NCBI GenBank assembly: GCA_000826855.1
Contig: JTLS01000080.1
Location: 1 to 33,914 of the forward strand
Direction of reading: 5' to 3'
Source of the DNA: Basidioascus undulatus
Taxonomy: Eukaryota
DNA length: 33,914 bases
Shown: positions 1-10,348 of the stretch, in pieces
Position numbering within the stretch: position 1 is the stretch's first letter
How the letters are laid out: each line of letters opens with the position of its first letter
Program-made: the position numbers and the translations under genes
The notes under the pieces: generated by a model
What the model saw: the letters and a program-made list of their open reading frames with translations, nothing else
The model's database searches: none
Told to the model about the DNA's origin: nothing

Positions 1-74
1 CTCTTCCGGCGTTGAGGTGGTAGTCTGATACTGACACTGAACTGGAATGGGGATGCGGGGATGCGGCCGTCCAG

Positions 75-1352
75 CCAAGACAAGAAGGACAAGTCGCGCG
101 CGCCCATCACCGCCAAGCTCGTCGCCAACATGATCCAAAAAGCGGGGTGCGACCACGTCATTGTGCGTTGGCGGTGACCCATTTCCATCCTTGGGAGGTG
201 GGGAGGAGAGGAGCGAGAAGCTGATTGTCTGGGGGCGGCGGCGGCAGACGATGGACCTCCACGCCAGCCAGATCCAGGGCTTCTTTGACGTGCCTGTCGA
301 CAAGTGCGTTGCCTTCCCTTATCCACACTCCAGGAAATACTCTGACCTGGAAATCTGAACTGCAGCGTCAGTGCTTCGGCATTTGATTGTGGGCGCAGGG
401 AGGCGCGGGGTGCAGCGTACTGATGCGGGAGCGATGTTGGGACACTCTGCAGTTGTACGCCGAACCGTCAACGCTGCAGTTCGTCCGGGAAAACATCGAC
501 GTCAGCCAAGTCGTCATTGTCTCCCCCGACGCTGGCGGTGCGAAACGGTGGGTTGTAACTCCCGTCCCGTGCCATCCACCTCGCGATTGACCATGGGAGG
601 TGATTCGTTCGCGCAGGGCGACCTCCATCGCCGACAAGCTCAACGTGGACTTTGCGCTCTTCCATAAGGAGCGCAAGAAGGCGAACGAAGTTTCGCGCAT
701 GGTCCTCGTCGGCTCCGTCACCGGGAAAATCGCGATCCTCGTAGATGACATGGCGGACACGTGCGGGACGCTCGGCCTCGCCGCCTCCCACCTCGTCGAG
801 GCTGGCGCGAAGAAGGTGTACGCCATGGTCACCCACGGCATCCTCACTGGCCCCGCGCTCAAGGTCATCTCTGAGAGCGGGCTCGAGAAGCTTGTTGTCA
901 CCAACACCCTGCCCCAGGAGGAGAACCGCAGGCAGTGCGCAAAACTCGAGGAGATTGACATCAGCCATGTCCTCGCCGAGACGATCAGGAGAAGCCACTA
1001 TGGCGAGAGCGTTAGCGTGCGTGGCGGGTTCTTCCTCGTCTCTCTCCTTCTTCCTTCTCTTCCGCTGTGTTTGACTGACGTGGGTAGTCTTGCCTTCTAC
1101 ATCACAGGTCCTCTTTGACAACCTGCCATGTGAGTCTCCGCTCAACTCCCAATCCCTCGCACGCAACATCGTACTGACCCTCCCTCCCCTCTCGCAGAGT
1201 ACGCCCCACCCCGCCCCTCCCTACCCACATTCCTCTCCCCAGACTAACCGCCTTTCCCCGTCTCCTCCCTCCCCCCGCGCAGCGCCCACACCCTCTCGAC
1301 CCTCACGCCGCAGCTGACAGGCCTCGCGAACGGGACCGGCGGGGGCGCATAG
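75..1352 (+). CDS. PRS: Ribose-phosphate pyrophosphokinase (PRPP synthetase), 5'-partial; exons 75-162, 248-303, 366, 453-547, 617-1016, 1108-1129, 1198, 1283-1352
   Basis: Spliced translation gives [66 protein letters not shown] (PRPP-binding loop), THGIL and [18 protein letters not shown]. All introns are GT-AG. Confidence 0.96.
366..366 (+). other. Putative single-nucleotide exon (C) in PRS
   Basis: Context ctgcAG|C|GTcagt. Introns 304-365 (branch CTGAC 342-346) and 367-452 (branch CTGAT 420-424). It completes AA+C = Asn of VDNLY; without it the frame breaks. Confidence 0.82.
1198..1198 (+). other. Putative second single-nucleotide exon (A) in PRS
   Basis: Context tcgcAG|A|GTacgc. Introns 1130-1197 (CTGAC 1174-1178) and 1199-1282 (CTAAC 1244-1248, pyrimidine tract, CAG). 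T+A+C = Tyr gives LFDNLPY, open to TAG at 1350-1352. Confidence 0.68.
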
Positions 1353-1372
1353 ACGGTCGGCCACGTCCGGGA

Positions 1373-1440
1373 AGGAGCTGGGAGCTTGGAGGAGCTGGGA
1401 GCTGGGAGGAGCTGGGAGTTGGAGGAGGAAAGGAAGGAAG
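1373..1440 (+). repeat. Degenerate GGAGCTG(G) tandem repeat followed by GGAA repeats, 3' of PRS
   Basis: ggagctg ggagcttgga ggagctg ggagctggga ggagctg ggagttgga ggaggaaaggaaggaagg. Confidence 0.8.
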
Positions 1441-1670
1441 GGCACTGTAGAGACGGCGTCTGAATCGGGCCGTTTGTATTGCTAGGTTCGGAGGGTGCGT
1501 GCGTGCTAGCAAGAGCGCCGGTGTCAGGAACAGTTCCGATATTCGATGTTCTCTTGTCCTTGCTTTTTCTTTTGTCTTTTGATTTTTGAGTCTTGAAACG
1601 ACGCTTTGGGACGCTCTCTCGTTCTCTTCCCAACAACTCAATTCACGCTACATGAACCTCACTCGCCCAC

Positions 1671-2549
1671 ATGCAGCTCAACATCGCTGAAGTCGTCGGA
1701 TATGTCCTACCGCATCCGCCACACCTACGGCCGCCGCTCCCAGATGTGCTGAATCTGGTGTACCCCTTCTTCAAGGGCGTAGTGTCGCTGTACGACGCGT
1801 ACTCTTCGGAGGTGCCACCGCCGGATGACTTCACGTACAACAGCCGCTTCGACGCGTCCTTCCTTAACATTCCACATTGCATTGTTGTGAACGAGGAGCA
1901 GTTTGAGTCTTGGGTGAACGGCCAGCTGGAGCTTGTGTGGGCTACCATGGATCAGATTCGATGGGATACTCGAAAAAAAGCGTTGGTGGCGCTCCGGACG
2001 AGTATTTTGATACTGAAGCGCGCTTTACGCTGGGTCATAGGTACGTGGCCCATCGATAAACGTCTTCAGTTGATTCGGAACGCTGAAGGGCGTAGTCGGG
2101 ACAGCCTATCGAAAAAACCGCACAAATGCGATGGGCCTACCACAAGCTTCACCACAACCACCTGCATGTCAGTTCGCCAACTGTCTTGCTCGCTTGTTCC
2201 GAGGCTTATCTTTCGTGTTACGCAGCGTCCGTCTACCATACATTGGGGGAGACTACAAGTCGACTCTTTTCTGCTTTCACCACCACATCTGGCCCCAACC
2301 CTCCGCCTTCTGGTGAACGCCCCTCCGCCGCTTGCAGAACGCGTTCATGCCTCTGCCCTCTCGTCTGCCTTTTTGTCGTGCAGTATGCAAGTCTGCGAGA
2401 GACATGCCGCACACCTTTTCTGTCTCGGCAGCCGGCTGTGCAATTCAGTGAAATGGCGCTTCGAGGTTTCTTATGATCCAGCTACGAGAAACGTCCGATC
2501 TAGCAAGAACAAAAACCGAGGGAGGAACGAGGTACACGCTCACTTGTAA
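1671..2549 (+). CDS. Orphan hypothetical protein or gene relic; 3' structure uncertain
   Basis: The first ~123 codons look protein-like and end at a GTACGT donor (2041). No family recognised, and downstream exons could not be resolved. Confidence 0.35.
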   Translation: MQLNIAEVVGYVLPHPPHLRPPLPDVLNLVYPFFKGVVSLYDAYSSEVPPPDDFTYNSRFDASFLNIPHCIVVNEEQFESWVNGQLELVWATMDQIRWDTRKKALVALRTSILILKRALRWVIGTWPIDKRLQLIRNAEGRSRDSLSKKPHKCDGPTTSFTTTTCMSVRQLSCSLVPRLIFRVTQRPSTIHWGRLQVDSFLLSPPHLAPTLRLLVNAPPPLAERVHASALSSAFLSCSMQVCERHAAHLFCLGSRLCNSVKWRFEVSYDPATRNVRSSKNKNRGRNEVHAHL

Positions 2550-2807
2550 ACACTGCTCACTGTGTTGCTTCGCGGCATTCAGATACTCTGATGTCTGTTT
2601 CACTGTAGGACACACATGCGATCGCGCTGTACGGAGCAGCAACGCATCTAATATGGCGGCTCGGGCACTTCCACCCCCTGCCTTTCCCAGCTCTCCCTCA
2701 GCAGCGCGCGCACCTCTTCCACGACGCCCGGGCGTGCGACGAACCGCCCCGACTTCGGATCGGCCGGATCGGGCTCGCCCCAGAACCATCTGTGCCACGT
2801 GTCCACC

Positions 2808-4024
2808 TCAATCCCTTTCGCCCATTGTGCGCGGACGTAGGAAGCGTCGAAGGGCGGGGTCCACGTCCAGTGCTACCCGACCCGTTCCCCGCCGTTCAGC
2901 TTCCCGCGTGCCTTCCTTTCGACCTGGAACCCAACGCACATGGTCCACCCAGACTATCTCCTCCTCCTCCGAAAGGACAAGGTGCAAACTCGTCGGGAGC
3001 GCGATTTCGAGGAAGCAGTCCGTCTCCAGGAACGTGCCGAGCGTGTCGAGGAAGTCGGAGCGGAGGTGGCCGGGGATGTACGCCGTGTCAACTGAGCCGC
3101 CGATGAGGCGCGGGACGCCGTCCGTGAGCTCCGCGAGGCGCTCGCGCTGCACCGAGGAAATGTTGTAGTAGGCGGGGAGGCAGGCAGCCAGGCCGACGTG
3201 CGGCTCGCTGTGGAGCGAAGGAAATTGAATGAGGTGTGAGGGATACAACAGCAGAGAATTGTAGAACAGACGCACCCCCACCACCAATCTTTCCATATGC
3301 TCTCCCACTTCTCCCGCCAGTCCCCATCGAGCTCCGGGCTCAACCGGATTCCAGGCGGGCGGGGAACCTCGGCTGGTGAGCCCGTCGCCCCCCCCTCCTG
3401 CGCCCGGTTCGGGATGTACCGCGTCTTGAGGTCAGAGAGGTACCATATGCTGTCCTGGGGGAACTGGACGAGGCGGGGGATGTTGAGGAAGATGTCGAAG
3501 GGTGCGAAGAGATAGCCGTCGTAGCAGGGGTGCTGCTCCATCGCGGTGTACAGCATGTGGTGCGCCATCCGCCCCGCCATGTGCCACTGCCCCTCGGAGA
3601 GGTCCTCGTCCGACTTGAACGTGTCAGTGAGCACGTCGTACGAGTGCGCGAAGCCCGCGTCCTCGCGCGAGCCTGGGCCAATGTAGAGGATGTTTGGGAA
3701 GAACTCCGAGTAGACTTCGCGGTGCGCATCGAGGTTCCCCGCGTCGTAGCGCGGGTGGGAGAAGAAGACGACGAGGAGGACATCGTCGAACGCGTGGAAG
3801 GCGCGCGTTTGGTTGTAGGGGTCCTGGGAGGAGGGGGGTAGAGGTCTTCGAGCGCAGGCGGAGGCTGTGGAGGAGCCTGAGGCGCCGAGGCGAAGGGGAG
3901 CGTAGTCGAGCGGGGAAAGGAAGGAGCTCAAGAACGCAAATAGGAGAGCTGACGCCGTAAAACCAAAACAGAGGAGTATAATGTCCCTGCGTGATAGAGG
4001 GTGTGCCCGTATGAGCGACCACAT
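2808..4024 (-). CDS. Type II membrane protein, STELLO/DUF288-like (putative glycosyltransferase-related); exons 4024-3276 and 3207-2808
   Basis: N-terminal hydrophobic anchor (IILLCFGFTASALLFAFL). Motifs DVLLVVFFS, YSEFFPNILYIGP, HPCYDGYLFAPFDIFLN, ADTAY-like VDTAYIP and FLEIALPT. One GT-AG intron (3275-3208) joins WWW|GEPH in frame. Family call is from recalled motif similarity. Confidence 0.7.
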
Positions 4025-5923
4025 CGTCGTCGAGAGCCAGGAAGGCTACCCCGGCCAGGGGAAGCGATCGAAAGGAGCAAGGCGCGAGAGTCCAGCGGTG
4101 CGGCAAACAAATAAGAGTCTGGGTCGGATGGCGTACATCGCTGTACTGAAAAATTTAATGCAAACTGGGCATACTTTTTTCAAGAAGACAGAATATTGCC
4201 ATCCTGGGCAGTCTGGGTAGAGGGAATCATTGGGCATTCTTGCCTGCCTTGCAGTCCCGAAAAACGCAGCCACCGCCCCAGCGAGCCTTCAGACCTCGAA
4301 CGTGCGTCCATGGTGAGACTCCCTCATCTTAACATAGTAAACAAATAAGAAAGGAGATTCTGGGTCTCTGACTTTCCATTGGTGTTACGAAACATCCCCC
4401 ATACGTCGGCTCAGACCGAAAACGTTCCCTCTGCGGCTCCTAGCCCTACAGTGGGCTGAAATGTAACCCATCTGGTAAGTCGAGCTGAATATAATTGAAC
4501 CAGGCTCCCGATAAGTCTTCAAGGAGTCCATGGGATGCGTACCGCAAGTTGTTGAGGGTGTGTGCTGTTCCATTCAACCCTGACATCCACTCGACTGGTA
4601 ACGGCGCCGCACCCGGCATCCATCTGTAGGGAAGGAGCTTCCGTCCGTCTTCTTCTCCATTTTCGTGAAGAACAAGCAATAACCCATGCACCGTTTTGGA
4701 TGTTCTGTGGTGCTGCTTGCTAGACCGATCGTGCACCACACGTTCAGCACACGCGATTACTCAAGCTCAACCTGGGTTAACCGGGAGCGTTGAAAGTGTC
4801 TGCGCAGCAACATCGAGAGGCAGAACCAACAAGCCAACAACGTGCGGAAATGCATTCGAGCTCCTGATGACCTTAATGTCTTCCCCCCCCCATCCACTAC
4901 CTACCCATGACCCGCTCCTAACGATCGCCACAGTCCGACCGCGAACGTACTCATGCATGCCCGCCATAGCAGGGGGAAGCTAATTTAGCTGTCCTTGGGC
5001 TGAGCGGACCGCGCCTGGATTGGATGGGCGGAGATGCGTGGTTGGAAGACTGTGGAGGAGGGGGCAGGGTGGTAGCGCTGGGTAGGGAGTTGGACGCTGA
5101 CAAGGTCTTTGCGCCGCCCACTACATCCACTTGAATGTTTTCGCCTGGTGTTGCTAGTTTATGCTACTGCTACCCGGTGCTCGCGACCTCTGGTAACAGG
5201 CTGCCCGCGTCTTGGGTTTCGCGTCTGGTGTGGGAACACAGGCCCTGCGTGCATTCATGGAGTTTGGAATGATCTTTTGAATAGTAGTATTCACTTCTTT
5301 CATAAGAAATTTCGTGTGTGAATCTTGGCTGGCAACGATCGGTGAGCTTTATCTTTTGCAGTCTGGCTGTCTTTCAGTGATCTGGCGGCGAAGCTCGAAG
5401 GGCTCCGGACTCGAGCTGCTCAGCGTGAAGTCATTCAGCCACCTCACGACACGAGCAGCAACAGGTCGAGGGCAGTATCCATATTGCATTTTTCTCTGTA
5501 AGAACAAGGGAGCTAAAGTACGAGCAACGGCGTCGTCCTGCCAGATCAGACGCACAGAATAACACAGGCCTGGACGCGTCTTGCTCGAGCCGGTATTACC
5601 AGGTATAACCAAGTCTAAGCAATCTAATGGATTGAACGGGCATTCGTGTTTCCGGAAAAATAAAGGGAAAAAAACCCCTAGGGCGGTGCAGAGCACTACT
5701 TGCAATTTGCCAAAGCGGCGACTGCCTCGGCTAATCGCTGGCTGCCATGTCACGCGTCAGGAAGATAAGGCCCGGAATACTTGGGGACACCTACGTACGC
5801 GTGGTTCCATGATGCCCGCAGTGAGCACGGAAAAGCCGGATATTCCTTTGGATAAACCTGAACTGGTTGACCTTCGACTACTCCCACCCTCTGCAGAACC
5901 CGCCTCGTCCATACCGAGACGAG

Positions 5924-8900
5924 ATGTCAACCCCTGCTCAGATTCCGGAATCCAGCACCCCTGCTGAAACCAAGTCGGGTTCGGAACCAGCCGATTCGCC
6001 CACATATCCTTCCAAAAGCCAACGCCCGCGCAAGCGCGTAACCAAGGCATGCGAGGTTTGCAGGGCGAAACGCCAGAAGGTATCAACTTCAACCGGTGCT
6101 AGCGAGCGTGTCCACCCCGCGTCATGAAACTTGTTTACAGTGCGATGGTAAACAACCGCAATGCGGACCATGTAAAGCATTAGGGTGAGTAGAGCATAGC
6201 AATAGTAAACCACTACTTTCTGCTTCACTGGCTACGCTGCCGGAGCGTCCTTGGAGGCTTGACCGTCGACCACTCACGTCGTCGTCTTCGGATCTCTCAC
6301 CTTGCTCGATCAACTCGCTTCCTTGTAGTTCGAACGCTCACGTACCCATGGTGATGGATTTCTATCAACAGAGAGTCTTGTCGTTACGACCCAAACTCGA
6401 TCAAGCGGCACGTCGCGATATGTTTCATTGAAACTTCCTCATGCTCACCAATTGTTTGCTCGGTCAGGGGCCCGCCCAAAGGATACAAGTATAACGCCCC
6501 GTCCACGAAGCGCCGGAAAACGCTGGAGACCGGCGGCTCAGACGCAGCCGATGCGAAGGTCCCGCAACAGGCTGACGCTCAGAACGCACCTATCTCTTCG
6601 GTTCGCCATCCCTTCTTGTCCGTGCGTCCGTCCGAAAAAAAATTGATGGTTGAATGAACGACAGAATGCTTCCCGTCCTTCAGCGGGTCCGTCCCCGCAA
6701 GGTACATCCCCGACATCCGCCGAGACGGCGGCGCACTTGCTCGATGTCTTCTTCACAAATGGTGAGGCGCCAATCCATCAAGCCCTCATCAATCGTATGG
6801 TTAATCTACTCCCACCATTTCCTAACAGTGCACAACGTATGGCCTTTAATCTACAAGGTACGTACGGACGCTTCCGCTTCCACACATTATTGCCCTTGAC
6901 CCTTCTCAACTACATCAGCCCGCTTTTCACCCTACTCGAGCTCCACCGCTGCTGCTGAAGGCGATCCTCGCCATCGCTGCATGCATAGAGCCTTCTTCAG
7001 CCAAGGGTAAAGAGCCCGAGCCGTCGGCTGTGCAGCTCGACAAGGACGCGCTCTTTAACGAAGCCGAGCAGGCGCTGTACGCGACGCGGCTCGAAGCTCG
7101 GGTCGAGACTGTCCAGGCACTCGTTCTCCTCTCCCTCCGGCAGACAGGCTGCGGAAATAAGAGCTCGGCTTTTCTGTACGCCGGTGAGTGGAGACGTCGT
7201 ATTAGCTGTGCGAGCTGTTGGGCGCAAATGCTGACGCACTAGGAAAGGGATGGCGTGCACGATGGCTGTCGATCTCGGCTTGCACCACGATATGCGACCT
7301 TCCGGCGCACCTGGCACCACTAGGAGAGCTACATCATCAGCACCCAATCTCGTGGAGTCCGAAACGCGCTCGCGCGTCTACTGGAATTGCTACGTGCTGG
7401 ACAAGTGGGTTACGCAACAATGCATCGCGTGCCGTGGGCCTTTCTTTGCTAACGCTTCGCTGTTCACCAGGACACTCTCCGAAGAAACTGGCCACCCGCA
7501 CATCTTGCGCGCTTTTCTTGCGACTACCCCGCTACCGTCCGCGTACGAAGCAGACGAGCTCGAGCTCTGGCCGCCCTCCCCGTCTCCATCGATCGTCCCT
7601 CGCCGCTCGCATATCATATCCTGCTTCAATTCGACATGCAGACTAGCCGTCATTATCGAGCGCATCATGGACCTCGTCAGCGGTGAGGAAGGGGAGGTCA
7701 TGAAGGCGGATGAGGACAAGATCCGACCGCGAGACGAGCTCGCGGCAGAGCTCGAGAAGTGGAGAAGGTCGCAGCCTGACTTCCTAGCCGTCGAGGTCGC
7801 GCCCAAGGTTTGTCCTCTTCCTCATGTAGTAGTCAATGTCGCCGTAAGCCGCTCTTTTGTCTAGCTTTGCGTTTCTCAGTCTAACTCGCTCATGGACGGA
7901 TCCGCAGTGGTATCACTCTGCCATCATCCTCCTTCACCGCCGCTTCATCGACCTCGACAACGCCACAGAAGATTCTGGGTCTTCGTCGAGGTTCTCTGAT
8001 AGCCATACCCGCTGTACGGAAGCGGCTAACGACGTGGTCTCGCTCGTAGCGGCTCTCGACCGCCACCGACTCGTCGGCGTCTCGTGCTCGGATATCATAC
8101 ATATGGTCAGCACCGCGGCAATTGTATGTTCATATTTTCTTGGTCTTTCATTTTGACAGTCCTAACCGAATGCGTCCTGCTCAGCTGCACGGTAATGAAA
8201 CATCCCATACCCACTCCCCGCACGCGTGTTGCCTCCCTGCTAACGCAGCGTCCCTCCGCCACAAAGCGTTCAACTCAGCTCTACCAGACGTGGCCCTCGC
8301 GAATCAGGCCAAGATTAACTTTTCCCAATGTTGCCTCTGGCTTCGAGATATCAGCCACAGCTGGCCGTCCGCTAGTTCGCACAAGGTTTTCCTGGAAGGA
8401 CGTACGTTTTTCTTCACTGCACATCTGCTTCCTAACCCGTCATACTAAAACATGTCACGATTCAGTAATCCAAGGCGGACTCGGGCTCTCGGCAGATGTC
8501 GGTACATTTTCCAACCTACCGGATATAGCGCAGCCCGTTACCGACGTGGGGCCGACCAGCGCAGTAACACCTGCAAGCACGAGTGCGTCCACAAGCAACT
8601 AACCATTTTTGAACTATTGTTCATTATTCATGACTTCCGCTTTTCCGTCTTCCAGTCCGCACTCCGTCCTTGACGGCTCTTTCCCCTGACCCATCTCCCG
8701 CCCCGCCGCTTGCGCAGCCAGTGCCCACAGCCGTCTCCGCCCCAAACCCCAACCTGTTCGACCTACCGTCCTTCTACTGGAATTACGCCCTACCGTCGTC
8801 GCGATCCTCAACCGCGTCACCCACTGTTTGGGGATTCGACGTGCCGGCCGGCCAGGCGACCGCGGGAGTGAGGGACGAGGAGGCGTACTGGGCGCTGCTC

Positions 8901-8942
8901 ACGTTCATGCAAGGTGGCGGCGGGAGCGCACCACCTGGCTGA
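5924..8942 (+). CDS. Zn(II)2Cys6 (GAL4-type) transcription factor with fungal-specific middle homology domain, multi-exon
   Basis: Spliced CEVCRAKRQK|CDGKQPQCGPCKALG|ESCRY...KRGPPKGY (six Cys, introns 6080-6140 and 6185-6371). Also HLLDVFF, VHNVWPLIYKPAF, ETVQALVLLS, YAGMACTMAVDLGLH and RSRVYWNCYVLDK. The frame stays open to TGA at 8940-8942. Confidence 0.92.
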
Positions 8943-10348
8943 TATTCCAATATGATTCAGTACTTCGTGTAACTAGCCCATGGGGCTATGTAATAGCTTT
9001 TACGACTGAGATCCACCCACACCTTAGCGTCGCTTGCGGTAGTGAAGGTCGCAAGAAGGTCGATGCGACAGTCTCTTCCGCCCATTCAATCCACTGACGG
9101 TGAAGGTGACGAGATATCTATCCACAGTGTGCTGGCGATGTGCGCTTCGCCATACCCAAAAGGCGCGCGGTTCTGCCCGTTGACAGCGCATTATGTAGAA
9201 GATGCAGTGTAGCATGATCTGCTCTGAAAGACCATGTGCGCCAGGCCACCACTGGTCACAGCTATACATTGGACAAGAATCTTCTAGTGGATTGAGTGAA
9301 GCCTTATATGAATCAGTCTTTGTATCCGAGGCAGCTACCGAATGCAGGTTCCGTTCCTTGAGCGAACACGCTGGTGCGAGGCTGGGGTCCGGTTCCCCGC
9401 CCCCCCTCCCTCCCCCGCACGTCCCGGCGGAGCTGTGTAAGGTTAATTTTTCATATTTATTTGTACACATGTATATCAAAGTCTGCGCATTGCGAGGCCC
9501 GCACCTGAATCGAAGAGCCAAGCGTGCGGTGCAGGAAAGGCTGGCAGTTCAACGTGGATCGCTGGCGACAGCGCCTGTATTGTATTGTCCAGTAAAGAAT
9601 CGACATGCATTCAACAGGTATGAGGGTTCATGAGGGTGAATGCAGGATACTAGCCCTTACAAACAAGCCTCCAAATCCACGTGGAAGGCCTATTGCCGCC
9701 GCTTTCGCCATGGATCCGAACGTCACAGAGCGCTCCACGTTGTACTGCTTTTACGAGGGGTGGCCAACGCATTCTAAAACTCATAAATACGGTGTTTTGA
9801 ACCTAAAGAGGATCTCGATATCAAAAAATTTCTTGTATCTCGCAAGGTCGCCAGCTCCTTACAGTAACACTGCAGCCGTGTTGAGCGTCGAGCGGTTTTC
9901 CGCAAGCCTTCATTACTGCCTCTTCTCACCGCTCAGGGATGGGGAGGTCCCTCCTTTTTCTGCTCCTTCACGTAAAACACCCCATCCGATAACGGACCTG
10001 TATCGAGTCCATAACGCAGTCGGTACCTAGGTGCCCAACCGCGGCGAGCAAAGCAGCGAACACGGAATTCGAAGACGCTACGCACGATCCGCTTGGATCT
10101 GTAGGATGTGGGTATGTTTGGCCGGCAGCGTGCAGGTGAGCCAGCGATAGGTACAAAAGGAAACAGTACAGGCAGTAAAACTGTTCGTGAGTTGGGTGTG
10201 GCAGTGCTCGTAGTCCGCATATAACTTATAAGTGCCTCGAAGGCCGCACAGCCGCCAGGTCTCAAGACGACTTTGCTCCTCTCAGGTTCTCACGACTCTC
10301 TCTCTAATTTGCTCTACTTGCACACAACGTAGCGCCTCTCTTCACGGT

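Noticed and set aside
411..422. Second TGCAG-C-GT copy that could be an alternative 1-nt exon at 416
   Set aside because: The downstream intron would be only 36 nt with its donor overlapping the branch point. Position 366 fits far better.
4300..5900. Short ORFs between the STELLO-like gene and the TF
   Set aside because: No recognisable motifs or consistent splice model; treated as a divergent intergenic region.
6858..6960. Apparent premature stop in the TF (ORF ending HRCC*)
   Set aside because: Splicing 6858-6918 gives IYK-PAFHPTRAPPLLLKAIL in frame, so there is no lesion.
9024..10340. Several 100-165 aa ORFs upstream of the PDI relic as a possible transposon
   Set aside because: No transposase, RT or integrase motifs, terminal repeats or target-site duplications were seen.
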